Positions 19,098 through 27,941 of a DNA stretch of 64,000 nt are shown here, one piece after another. This DNA is from Parcubacteria bacterium DG_74_1. GTDB taxonomy: Bacteria > Patescibacteriota > Minisyncoccia > Minisyncoccales > DG-74-1. Below the pieces are notes generated by a model. It was not told the origin of the DNA. It saw nothing but the letters and a program-made list of their open reading frames with translations, and did no database searches. Position 1 is the stretch's first letter, and each line of letters opens with the position of its first letter. A program made the translations under genes and the position numbers. The DNA lies in contig LJNE01000006.1 in the NCBI GenBank assembly GCA_001303125.1, positions 9,169 through 73,168 of the forward strand, given 5' to 3'.

Positions 19098-22000
19098 TTA
19101 ATTTTTTTTAATTGCTAACCATAGTTTTTGCTGGTCGACCATAATTTCTTTTTCAGCAGCAAAAACTTCTTTTTCTTTTTCTTTTCGGGCCAGATTTTTT
19201 ATCTTACCCTCTTTTAGAATAAGGTTCTTGTTCTTTTCCAGAATTTTGTTTAATCCTCCTGAACCAAAATAGTTTATTGAAACTTTATCTTCTGGTTTAA
19301 AGCGGGCAATTTTTCTCATTTCTTGGATTTGCCGAATAATTTCTCTAATGAACCCTTCTTCTCTCAATCCTGGAGTAATTCTGGTATCAAGCTCTACTTC
19401 TCCTTTAATTTTAGGATCAAAGACTATTTCTTTGACATTGACTTCTTCCTTGATTAGGCTTAATAACTCTGCTTTATTTCTCAATTCATAATTCTTAATT
19501 CTTAATTCATTTAAGGGCTGTCTAACTTTAATTTTTGCCCTAGCTCTCTCGGCTAGACTTTTAGTTACCATCTCTCTGGCTTTCTCCATTTTCTTTTCTA
19601 ATGCTCTACCAATCAATTTTTTACTCGCTTTCGGCCAATTCTCTAAATGAACAGAGTCTTGAATTTTTAATTTTGTCTGCCCTTTAGCGATTTTATCCTG
19701 TTTCGGCAGATTCTTAATTTTTTGATATATTTCTTCGGACAGAAAAGGAATAAATGGAGCGGTCAGCTTGCTTAAGGTCAAAAGTACATATTCTAAAGTA
19801 TCAGCGGCTTCGTCAAAGCGCTTACGCGATCTCCTAATATACCACAGAGAGAAATCATTAATAATAAAATCTTCAATTATTCTAGCGGCCCCAGTTATGT
19901 CGTATTTATCTAGTTTTTGAGTTGCCTCCTGGATAACTCTGTTTAATCTTGATATGACCCATCGGTCCAGTAAAGAAATGGCTTTGTACTGACCCATTTC
20001 TATATCAGAATTTGATTTAAGGTTAAATTTACTTGTCTTAATATCTGTAGCGTAAGTTCTGTAAAAGGTAAAACAATTCCAAAGAGTCAAAATGAATCTC
20101 TTAAGCGCCTGGTCAACATCTTTTTCCGAGAAAAGCTTAGAGTCGTCGGGCTGATTAATAGTGTAAAAATACCAGCGAGTGGCGTCGGCTCCGTATTTTT
20201 CAACAAGATACCAGGGATCAGTCACGTTCCCTTTCGATTTTGACATTTTTTCTCCCTTTTCATCTAAAACATGACCTACCGAAAGAACATTTTTATAGGA
20301 CGGACCCTTTCCAAGTAAAGAGGAGATAGCCAGTAAGGTATAGAACCATCCCCGAGTTTGATCAATTGCCTCTGAAATATATTCGGCCGGGAATTGAATT
20401 TTCTTATTAATCAAAGCTTTGTTCTCAAAGGGGTAGTGATACTGAGCGAAAGGCATGGCTCCGGAATCAAACCAACAGTCAATAACTTCAGGGACTCTTT
20501 CCATTGGGGCGTTACACTTTTGACAACAAAATTTTACTTCATCAATGTAAGGCCGGTGGAAATCTAATTCCATTTTTTCATTATAAGGCAGATCTTTGAA
20601 TTCAAATCTCCTGAGCTCTCCTGTTTTTATTTCTTTTTTCTTGATGATAATTCTTGTAAATCGTTTTAAATCATAGCTATAGTTCGCCTTTTCAAGTAAG
20701 GTTAGGGGTCGTTGATGGCCAATAATTAAAATGTTTTTCCCTTGATGTTTTCTATCAACTTGTTTTAAAAATTCGTACATTCTCTTCTCTATATCAGTAA
20801 AATTTTCTCCTTTCGGAGGATTGACCCGGAAACGCTTTGAATAATATTCCAAGGGAGAGAGTTCTTTTTCTTTGTCCCAAAACCTGCCAATTTCTTTCAC
20901 CGGCCTTCCGTTAAAAATACCAATATTTACTTCCCTAAGTTTTTTACTAAATTTGGGCCTTATTCCCAATTCTTTTCCGGCAATTTCAGCGGTTTGTTTT
21001 GTCCTTAAAAGATCTGACGAAAAGATCAGGTTAATTTTCTCCTTTTTTAATTTTTTGGTAGCTACTTTAACTTGTTCTTTTCCTTCTTTAGTTAAAGGAC
21101 AGGGTATTTTTTCTGGCCAACAAGCGGCAACATCTTTTAAATTTCTCAGGGATGTTCCATGTCTTAAAAGGAAATATTTGTTTTTGCTAAATTTTTGCGA
21201 CACTAAATCTTTCTTCGATCCGATTATTTCAAAACAACCACATTTTTTACATTGCCAAATGGGCAAAGGCGTCCCCCAGTATCTTTCTCTAGTTAAGGCC
21301 CAATCTTTTACTTCTTTCAGCCATTCGCCGAATCTTCCTTTTTTTAAATGGGCTGGAAGCCAGTTAGTTTTTTGATTATTTTTAATTAAATCTTTTTTGA
21401 TTTGAGTCATCCTAATAAACCAGGATTCTTTAGCGTAATAAAAAAGGGGCGAATGGCATCGCCAACAAAAAGGATAATCGTGTTCATATAATTCTCTTTT
21501 GAAAAGGATATTTCTATTTTTTAAATCCTCAATTATTAAGGGGTCAGCCTCTTTAATGAACATTCTCGCCCATTTCTTAACTCCCAACTTAAACCTCCCT
21601 TCTTCATCAACCGTTAAGAGTGTCGGCAAGTTATTCTTCTTGCCTGTTATCATGTCTTCTTCGCCAAAGGCCGGAGCTATATGAACCAACCCAGTTCCCT
21701 CTTCCAGAGAAACAAAGTCAGCCAGAATCACCCTGTAAGCCCCCTTAATAACCTCTTCACTGAAGGGATAGAGCGGTTGGTACCTTAAATCAACTAAATC
21801 TTTTCCCCTAAACTCCTTGACGACTTCTCCTTTCGCCCTGCAGGCCTTTATTCTTTCTTTGGCTAAAATTAAGTATTCTTTGTCAATTTTTACTTTAACG
21901 TAAGTAATTTCTGGGTTTACAGCTACCGCAACATTACCCGGCAACGTCCAGGGAGTAGTTGTCCAGACTAACAGAGAGGCGTTTTTGAATTCTGGATTTA

Positions 22001-22619
22001 AAACTGGAAACTTGATATAAATTGCTGGCTCTCTTATTTTTTCATAACCCAAAGCTACCTCATGACTTGATAGGCTTGTGCCACAACGAGCGCAGTAAGG
22101 GATCACCTTATAGTCTTTATATAAAAGTCCTTTTTGCCAAATTTGTTTAATAATCCACCAAACCGTTTCGATATAGTTCGGCATATAGGTAATATAAGGA
22201 TTTTCTGTGTCTAGCCAGAAGGCGATTCTTTCGGTTAAATTCTCCCAGTCTTTCTTATAATTCCAGACGGATTTCCGACATTTTTTGTTAAACTTAGCAA
22301 TTCCGTATTTTTCTATTTCTTTTTTTGATTTCAGCCCTAATTTTTTCTCAATTTCTAATTCTACCGGTAAACCGTGAGTATCCCAACCGGCCTTTCTCAA
22401 GACTTTAAAACCATGCATGGTTTTATATCGACAGATAATATCTTTAAAAACTCTAGTTAAAACATGATGGAGGCCGGGTTTGGCATTGGCTGTTGGCGGC
22501 CCTTCATAAAATACGAAATTCGGCGTCCTCTTGCGCTTCTGAATAGATTTTTCAAAAATTCTATTTCGCTGCCAAAATGTCAATATTTTCTTCTCAGTCT
22601 TGGGAAAATTTATTTCCAT
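19098..22619 (-). CDS. ileS: Isoleucyl-tRNA synthetase (type 2) carrying an internal histidine-phosphatase domain
   Basis: 1173 aa with HHVLTR-type HIGH, KMSKSKGN and a CP1 editing domain. About 200 extra residues (aa about 481-680) lie between the CKKCG zinc knuckle and DFHRPYID. They carry RHG, SSDLLRTKQTAE and IIGHQ motifs. Confidence 0.95.
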   Translation of the reverse strand: MEINFPKTEKKILTFWQRNRIFEKSIQKRKRTPNFVFYEGPPTANAKPGLHHVLTRVFKDIICRYKTMHGFKVLRKAGWDTHGLPVELEIEKKLGLKSKKEIEKYGIAKFNKKCRKSVWNYKKDWENLTERIAFWLDTENPYITYMPNYIETVWWIIKQIWQKGLLYKDYKVIPYCARCGTSLSSHEVALGYEKIREPAIYIKFPVLNPEFKNASLLVWTTTPWTLPGNVAVAVNPEITYVKVKIDKEYLILAKERIKACRAKGEVVKEFRGKDLVDLRYQPLYPFSEEVIKGAYRVILADFVSLEEGTGLVHIAPAFGEEDMITGKKNNLPTLLTVDEEGRFKLGVKKWARMFIKEADPLIIEDLKNRNILFKRELYEHDYPFCWRCHSPLFYYAKESWFIRMTQIKKDLIKNNQKTNWLPAHLKKGRFGEWLKEVKDWALTRERYWGTPLPIWQCKKCGCFEIIGSKKDLVSQKFSKNKYFLLRHGTSLRNLKDVAACWPEKIPCPLTKEGKEQVKVATKKLKKEKINLIFSSDLLRTKQTAEIAGKELGIRPKFSKKLREVNIGIFNGRPVKEIGRFWDKEKELSPLEYYSKRFRVNPPKGENFTDIEKRMYEFLKQVDRKHQGKNILIIGHQRPLTLLEKANYSYDLKRFTRIIIKKKEIKTGELRRFEFKDLPYNEKMELDFHRPYIDEVKFCCQKCNAPMERVPEVIDCWFDSGAMPFAQYHYPFENKALINKKIQFPAEYISEAIDQTRGWFYTLLAISSLLGKGPSYKNVLSVGHVLDEKGEKMSKSKGNVTDPWYLVEKYGADATRWYFYTINQPDDSKLFSEKDVDQALKRFILTLWNCFTFYRTYATDIKTSKFNLKSNSDIEMGQYKAISLLDRWVISRLNRVIQEATQKLDKYDITGAARIIEDFIINDFSLWYIRRSRKRFDEAADTLEYVLLTLSKLTAPFIPFLSEEIYQKIKNLPKQDKIAKGQTKLKIQDSVHLENWPKASKKLIGRALEKKMEKAREMVTKSLAERARAKIKVRQPLNELRIKNYELRNKAELLSLIKEEVNVKEIVFDPKIKGEVELDTRITPGLREEGFIREIIRQIQEMRKIARFKPEDKVSINYFGSGGLNKILEKNKNLILKEGKIKNLARKEKEKEVFAAEKEIMVDQQKLWLAIKKN

Positions 22620-22627
22620 GATTTTGT

Positions 22628-24169
22628 TTACATTCTCTCTGGAGCAGAAATTCCCATTAAAGCTAAAGTATTCTTTAAAACAATTTTAGTAGCCAAAATC
22701 AAAGCCAAACGAGCTTTTAACAAAGATTTGTCCTTCGCTAAAACCTTACAATCTCTGTAGAATCGATGGAAAGCAGTTGCCAACTCTGTCGAATATTGTG
22801 GTAATCGCTGCACTTGATAATCTTTAGCAGTCTCCTCAATAATCTCTGGTAATCTGATTAGCTGCTTGATCAAGTTAAACTCTGAAGGGTGAACTAACAA
22901 TTTCAGGTTGGAATCTTGGAATCGAGGATCGGAAATTTTTCTCAAGATACTACAGATTCTGGCGTGGGCGTATTGAACATAATAAACTGGATTTTTTTCT
23001 GATTGCTTTTTAGCTAACTCCAAATCAAATTCCATCTGGGTATCCAGCGACTTGGTTAGATATAAGAATCTGGCCACATCAAGGCCAACTTCATCAATTA
23101 AGTCTTCGAGGGTAACTATATTTCCTTTTCTTTTTGAGATTTTCCCCCGTTTTAGCCTGACCACCTGAGAAATTAAAATATCTAAATCTCCTTGGTATCC
23201 TAGCATTTTAGCTATCGCTTTTATTTTTGAAACATGCCCTTGGTGGTCAGCTCCCCAGATATTAATAATTTTTTTAAAACCTCTTTTAATTTTATAATCG
23301 TGGTAAGCAATATCGGTCAGGAAATACGTTGATTGGCCGTTTCTTCTGACTAAAACTTCATCTTTCTGGTTAAACCCTGAAAGGTCTAACCAGAGAGCAT
23401 TGTCTTTTTTGTAAACTAATTTTTTAGTTTCTAAAAAATCGTAGACTTTTTTTATCTTACCTTGGCGATATAGATTTTGCTCCGAAACCCACAAATCAAA
23501 TTTGATTTTCAGCTTTTCTTCTGTAAAACTCCTAATATCACCAAAAATATTTTGACCTAAGAGGTATCCTGCCTCGCTTTCTGATTTCACTTTTTTAAAG
23601 TAAGGTGCCAACCTCCGAATTACACGTTTCAAATGAGGAGTTAAATAACTTTTCCCCTGCCCTAAAGCTGTTCTTCCTAATTCCTGAATTTGAGTATTGT
23701 TTTTGGCGTCGTTAATATAATACTCTCTAAGCGCTCTGTATCCGGCCTTCTCCAAAATATTTGCTAAACAATCACCAAAAAAGGCTCCCCGGCCGTTACC
23801 AACGTGCAAAGGGCCGGTGGGATTAGCTGAAATAAATTCTACCAGAACCTTCTGGTGCTTCCCAATTTTTAATTCTCCGAACTTTTTGTCTCGTTTTAAA
23901 ATCTCCCTTACCTGTTTTTGTAAATGCTCTTTAGAAAGAAAAAAATTAATAAAACCATTCTTCGCCTCTACCCGCTCTAAAATAGTAGATTTTATCTGTT
24001 TGGCGATCTCTTGGGGATTTTCCTTGATCGCCATTGCCACATTAGTAGCGTAATCACCACAATCTTTTGCTGACGATCGGCTCACCTCAACTTCAACCTC
24101 TTTTTTATAGAGATTTTTGATTGCTCTGGCTGTCAATTTTTTGATTTTTTCTTTCATCATTTCCTTCAT
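22628..24169 (-). CDS. argS: Arginyl-tRNA synthetase
   Basis: 513 aa. SANPTGPLHVGNGR, the ADHQGH region, an MSKRKG-like loop (KISKRKGN) and a DALR anticodon-binding C-terminus. Confidence 0.95.
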   Translation of the reverse strand: MKEMMKEKIKKLTARAIKNLYKKEVEVEVSRSSAKDCGDYATNVAMAIKENPQEIAKQIKSTILERVEAKNGFINFFLSKEHLQKQVREILKRDKKFGELKIGKHQKVLVEFISANPTGPLHVGNGRGAFFGDCLANILEKAGYRALREYYINDAKNNTQIQELGRTALGQGKSYLTPHLKRVIRRLAPYFKKVKSESEAGYLLGQNIFGDIRSFTEEKLKIKFDLWVSEQNLYRQGKIKKVYDFLETKKLVYKKDNALWLDLSGFNQKDEVLVRRNGQSTYFLTDIAYHDYKIKRGFKKIINIWGADHQGHVSKIKAIAKMLGYQGDLDILISQVVRLKRGKISKRKGNIVTLEDLIDEVGLDVARFLYLTKSLDTQMEFDLELAKKQSEKNPVYYVQYAHARICSILRKISDPRFQDSNLKLLVHPSEFNLIKQLIRLPEIIEETAKDYQVQRLPQYSTELATAFHRFYRDCKVLAKDKSLLKARLALILATKIVLKNTLALMGISAPERM

Positions 24170-24199
24170 TTTATCTTAATTTTTGTTAAAATAAAAGAG

Positions 24200-24655
24200 G
24201 TGAAAGTTATAGCAGAGAACAAAAAGGCTTATTTTAATTATCAGATCCTGGAGAAATTCGAGGCAGGAGTTGCTTTGATTGGCCAAGAAGTGAAATCGAT
24301 AAAAACAAGAGGAATAAATTTGGTAGGATCATACATAATAGTTCGGAACGAAGAAATATATTGGATTGGGTCCAAAATCCCCGCTTATCAACCCAAAAAC
24401 GCGCCGTCAGATTATGATCCTGAGAGGTCGCGAAAGCTCCTTTTAAAAAAAGCAGAGATTAAATATTTAATCGGCAAATCAAAACAAAAAGGCTTGACTT
24501 TAATACCCTTAAGGGTATATACTAAAAATGGGAAGATAAAAATTGAATTTGGAATGGCCAAGGGAAAGAAAAAATTTGACAAAAGAGAGTTAATCAAAAA
24601 GCGGGAAACAGAAAGAGAGATCGAAAGAGTTTTAAAGCGGGGGCGCGTGGAGTAG
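24200..24655 (+). CDS. smpB: SsrA-binding protein SmpB
   Basis: 151 aa. IAENKKAYFNYQILEKFEAGVALIGQEVKSIK and a basic C-terminal tail. The GTG at 24200 abuts the AAGAGG Shine-Dalgarno, so the exact start is uncertain. Confidence 0.9.
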   Translation: MKVIAENKKAYFNYQILEKFEAGVALIGQEVKSIKTRGINLVGSYIIVRNEEIYWIGSKIPAYQPKNAPSDYDPERSRKLLLKKAEIKYLIGKSKQKGLTLIPLRVYTKNGKIKIEFGMAKGKKKFDKRELIKKRETEREIERVLKRGRVE

Positions 24656-24991
24656 ACGGGAAATCAGCCAAGATAGGCAAGCCGAGCAAGGTAGGCCAAC
24701 TCGTAAAACTACCTACCAAGGATATAAGCGCCAACTTATTCCAAAAACCCGCATTAGCCTACGCTTAATGCGGCATCCGGTTCGCTGATTCTCGATAGGC
24801 GGAAAATGGGTGTTATATTATCGAGATAGATAGCCCTTTTTAAAGTCTAGAAAGACTATCAAAAAAAATAGACTAAAAGCAGAAAGATTTCCGCCCAATT
24901 GATACTTTCTACTAATTGTTAAATTGGGACAAGCTTGTAGATCTATCTCTGGAAAATTTTCCGGACGCGAGCCCACAACTCGCCGCCTCCA
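24639..24991 (+). ncRNA. ssrA: tmRNA (SsrA), tag ANLFQKPALAYA
   Basis: The 5' GGGGGCG (24639-24645) pairs with CGCCTCC (24984-24990), including a G3:U wobble, and is followed by discriminator A. The 5' GGAGUAGACGGGA resembles the conserved GGAUUCGACGGGA. The T arm is GCGAG-CCCACAA-CTCGC. An internal tag ORF GCC AAC TTA TTC CAA AAA CCC GCA TTA GCC TAC GCT TAA lies at 24730-24768. The gene lies directly after smpB. CCA is not encoded. Confidence 0.85.
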
Positions 24992-25011
24992 TATAAAATC
25001 AATCTTGGAAT

Positions 25012-25521
25012 TTGCTAAAGAAGCCACTAGTCAATAACCAAATAAGGGCAAGAGAGGTAAAATTAATTGACCAAAGCGGAAAGCAGGCAGGGGTTATCCC
25101 GCTACTAGAGGCGCTCCGTATAGCTGAGGAGCGCGGTTTAGATTTAATTCAAGTGACAGAAAAAGTAGAGCCTCCAGTCTGCAAAATAATGGATTATGGA
25201 AAATATTTATATTGGTTGCAAAAGAAAGAAAAAGCGGCAAGAGGAAGCAAGGGTAGCGAATTAAAAGGAATAAGATTGGGCTTCAATATTTCTCTACATG
25301 ATTTAGAAATAAGAGCTCACCAAGCTGAAAAATTTTTAAAAAAGGGGGATAAGGTTAAGATAGAAATGGTCTTACGGGGAAGGGAAAAGGCTCTTGGAGG
25401 CTTCGCCAAAGGAAAAATCAGCCAATTTCTGGAAATTTTAGAAAAACTTGTCCCCATTAAAATTGAAAGGGAATTAAAAAGAGAGGTAAGAGGATTCACA
25501 ATGATTATCGCTAGGGCGTAA
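25012..25521 (+). CDS. infC: Translation initiation factor IF-3
   Basis: 169 aa with a TTG start (non-ATG starts are typical for infC). INNQIRAREVKLIDQSGKQ..LDLIQV..PPVCKIMDYGKY. Confidence 0.92.
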   Translation: MLKKPLVNNQIRAREVKLIDQSGKQAGVIPLLEALRIAEERGLDLIQVTEKVEPPVCKIMDYGKYLYWLQKKEKAARGSKGSELKGIRLGFNISLHDLEIRAHQAEKFLKKGDKVKIEMVLRGREKALGGFAKGKISQFLEILEKLVPIKIERELKREVRGFTMIIARA

Positions 25522-25525
25522 TTTT

Positions 25526-25705
25526 ATGAGAAAGTCAATTATCAAACGGTTCAAAATTACAAAAACTGGTAAGGTACTGCGGAAAGCAACCGGCCTTGAC
25601 CATTATCGGGTCAAAAAAACTGGAGAGGAAAAAAGAAAAAGCCGAAAATGGGTTGAGATTTCAAGGGCGGAATCAAAGAAGATAAAGAAACTTTTAGCTT
25701 CTTAG
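25526..25705 (+). CDS. rpmI: Ribosomal protein L35
   Basis: 59 codons, below the ORF-track cutoff. My translation is MRKSIIKRFKITKTGKVLRKATGLDHYRVKKTGEEKRKSRKWVEISRAESKKIKKLLAS. It lies between infC and rplT as expected. Confidence 0.85.
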   Translation: MRKSIIKRFKITKTGKVLRKATGLDHYRVKKTGEEKRKSRKWVEISRAESKKIKKLLAS

Positions 25706-25712
25706 TTTTGTT

Positions 25713-26090
25713 ATGACACGAGTAAAAAGAGGCAAAATCGCTCATAAACGAAGAAGGTATGTTTTAAAGCATGCTAAGGGTTTTCGTTGGGGAAGAAAGA
25801 AAAAATACCGCCTAGCCAAAGTGGCCCTCATGAAGGCTTGGCGCTATGCTTATCGAGACAGAAAAGCCAAAAAAAGAGATTTTAGGGCGCTTTGGCAAAC
25901 CAGGATTAATGCCGCCTGCCGGCTTTATGGAATGTCTTATAGCAAATTCGTCTACGGATTAAAGAAAAATAAAATTGGGGTTGACCGAAAGATCCTGTCT
26001 CAACTCGCCCAAAATCATCCTCAAATTTTCGAAAAAATACTTGAGAAAGTAAAAAGTCAAAAGCCTACCCCAAGAGAGACTCAAGAGTAA
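25713..26090 (+). CDS. rplT: Ribosomal protein L20
   Basis: 125 aa. MTRVKRGKIAHKRRRYVLKHAKGFRWGRKK..AYRDRKAKKRDFRALWQTRINAA. Confidence 0.95.
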   Translation: MTRVKRGKIAHKRRRYVLKHAKGFRWGRKKKYRLAKVALMKAWRYAYRDRKAKKRDFRALWQTRINAACRLYGMSYSKFVYGLKKNKIGVDRKILSQLAQNHPQIFEKILEKVKSQKPTPRETQE

Positions 26091-26135
26091 GTAAAGTACT
26101 CAAGGGTAGGCTTCTTTCTAGATCAAGCTCTCAAG

Positions 26136-26381
26136 TCATCCTTCTTTCTCGACACCTACTATTTCCCAAGCTCCTTTGCGGGGCCACTCTGGTATTGTCA
26201 TAGAAAAAGCTCTTATTTTCCCGTTAGCGTCAGCTGTGGCCTTAAGCTCTTCGACTGTCAGGGGATCAAAGTTTGAACAGAAGCATCTAGGACACGTTTC
26301 CACTTCCTGCTCACAGACTAATTTACAATCTCTACATTTTCTGAAGGGTGTAAACTGATTGGCTTTTGAGCTTTCTGGCAA
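26136..26381 (-). CDS. Small zinc-ribbon protein, function unknown
   Basis: 81 aa with CRDC..17..CPRC. A TTG start is preceded by the strong Shine-Dalgarno GGAGGTG. It lies downstream of guaB. Confidence 0.5.
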   Translation of the reverse strand: MPESSKANQFTPFRKCRDCKLVCEQEVETCPRCFCSNFDPLTVEELKATADANGKIRAFSMTIPEWPRKGAWEIVGVEKEG

Positions 26382-26456
26382 GGTGCACCTCCTTTTTTGT
26401 TAAATTATAGCTGTCTAACCTCAAACTACCACAGCTATTCTTAAAAATCAAGTTAA

Positions 26457-27941
26457 TTAAATCGGTCTAATGTCAGCCCCTTTTTGGAGCTGTTTTGTGT
26501 TTCTAAATCCCTGTTTTTGCAGAGATTGCTTTACTCCCACAATTAATTTGGGGAGGAAATCATGCCCGGAGCCACGATAAGGTACCTTGGTTACTACTCC
26601 CTCGGCAACCTTGATTTTCACTTTATCTACGGCGTATCTAACAGCTGAGGTTCCTTCCATCGCCTCTAAAGATCCCATACCTCGATATTTCTTAACCATT
26701 CTGTCTCCTTCATAGTCAAACTCTGCCTGGCCAGGAGACTCATCCAATCCAGCTAGGATACTCCCCATCATTACAGTATGAGCTCCTAGAGCTAAGGCCT
26801 TGGTAATATCGCTAGGCTTTTGAGGTTCTTCGGCTTCTTCATCGATTATTTTAATTCCTCCATCGGCAATTAATGGCATAAAACCATATTTGGGTTCTAA
26901 TTTTTTAGCCTCCTGACAGCAATCCCAGACAGCTGAAGCCTGGGCCCTGCCGGTACCCAACTCTTGTTGGGTGATACAAGCGGCTCCTGGTCCTAGGCCA
27001 ATTTTAATAGCGTCGCAATAATCGAATCCTTGTTCAATTATTTCCCTGACGACTTTAGCCGAAGCGACATTACCCATAATAACATCAAGGGTCGGGAAAT
27101 TTTCTTTACAATACTTGGCAATGGCAAATTGTTCTTTAAAAACGACACTTGCCTCGATATTAATCCCGTCTACGCCGGCAGCAAATGCCTTGCCAATTCT
27201 TTCCTTGGCTAATTTTAATCTTCCCTCGACGGCGATGAAAGCCCTCAGTTGGTTGTTCTCGTTCTCGGTAGCTAAAGGAAATTGTTCATTCTTCCTGATG
27301 TCAGAGTCAGTAACTAAAGCGGCTACCTTATCTTCCTTATCAATGATCAGTAAGGTATCAAGATTATGTTCTCTTAAGGTTTTTATCGCTAGAGACAACT
27401 CTTTTTTATCAACTGTTTCTGACTTCTTAGCAACTATTAATTTTTCTCTTGGCGTCATCACTTCTTTCAGTTCGGTTTCCATATCTTGTCTATATCTGAC
27501 ATCGCGATGAGTAACAATGCCTAATAATTTTGAAGTTAAGGTACCATCTGCAGTAATAGGAACACTGAAAAATCCATGTTTTTCGTTGACGTCATAAACG
27601 TCTCTAATCTTATTTCTGGGAGACAAAACTATAGGATCAAAGACGAATCCTGCCTGGAACTTTTTAACTTTTTTAACTTCCTCAATCTGCTCATCGATGG
27701 TCGGGAAGTTATAATGGATAACACCTATTCCTCCGTAAAGAGCCATGATAATTGCCATTTCAGCTTCGGTAACTGTATCCATAGGAGCGGAAACAAAAGG
27801 GTTTTTGAGTGCTACCCTTTTAGTAAAATGAGTAGTTAAATCAACCTCGTCTCTTTCAAAATCGGGGAAACGACTTGGAATCAAAGTAACATCTTTATAC
27901 CAAAACTCTTTATTTTGGAGGTCGGAATGTAATTTTGCCAT
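26457..27941 (-). CDS. guaB: IMP dehydrogenase (with CBS pair)
   Basis: 494 aa. VSAPMDTVTE, the CBS subdomain, the catalytic loop IKIGLGPGAACITQ, and GGIK..GSILAG. Confidence 0.92.
   Translation of the reverse strand: MAKLHSDLQNKEFWYKDVTLIPSRFPDFERDEVDLTTHFTKRVALKNPFVSAPMDTVTEAEMAIIMALYGGIGVIHYNFPTIDEQIEEVKKVKKFQAGFVFDPIVLSPRNKIRDVYDVNEKHGFFSVPITADGTLTSKLLGIVTHRDVRYRQDMETELKEVMTPREKLIVAKKSETVDKKELSLAIKTLREHNLDTLLIIDKEDKVAALVTDSDIRKNEQFPLATENENNQLRAFIAVEGRLKLAKERIGKAFAAGVDGINIEASVVFKEQFAIAKYCKENFPTLDVIMGNVASAKVVREIIEQGFDYCDAIKIGLGPGAACITQQELGTGRAQASAVWDCCQEAKKLEPKYGFMPLIADGGIKIIDEEAEEPQKPSDITKALALGAHTVMMGSILAGLDESPGQAEFDYEGDRMVKKYRGMGSLEAMEGTSAVRYAVDKVKIKVAEGVVTKVPYRGSGHDFLPKLIVGVKQSLQKQGFRNTKQLQKGADIRPI

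Noticed and set aside
20872-21375. A 167-aa plus-strand ORF, plus many similar track ORFs (for example 389-604, 1461-1649, 3213-3416, 5021-5314, 27115-27510, 28578-29054, 37134-37469, 40824-41156, 47071-47421, 60557-60940), all antisense to well-supported genes.
   Set aside because: They lie entirely inside strongly supported genes on the opposite strand. They have low-complexity, Ser/Leu/Phe/Pro-rich translations with no motifs, and they lack Shine-Dalgarno or promoter context. These are typical shadow ORFs of AT-rich coding DNA.
24818-25027. A 69-aa minus-strand ORF between smpB and infC.
   Set aside because: The region is fully explained by the tmRNA gene on the plus strand (acceptor stem, tag ORF, T arm). 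The ORF is antisense to it and has no coding signature.
26059-26113. A long-range pairing AAGCCTACCC...GGGTAGGCTT spanning the rplT stop codon, as a terminator. Similar weak hairpins follow greA (34841-34860), polX (30861-30888) and rtcB (50779-50796).
   Set aside because: The loops are very long or the stems are only 5-7 bp, with poor or absent T-tracts. They are not convincing as intrinsic terminators, so they are not listed as features.
26136-27941. The moderately elevated GC of guaB and the small zinc-ribbon gene, and likewise of rtcB (50834-52276), as further horizontal-transfer islands.
   Set aside because: The shift is much milder than in the 3027-6767 cassette. It coincides with very highly conserved proteins rich in Gly/Ala codons, so amino-acid composition alone can explain it.
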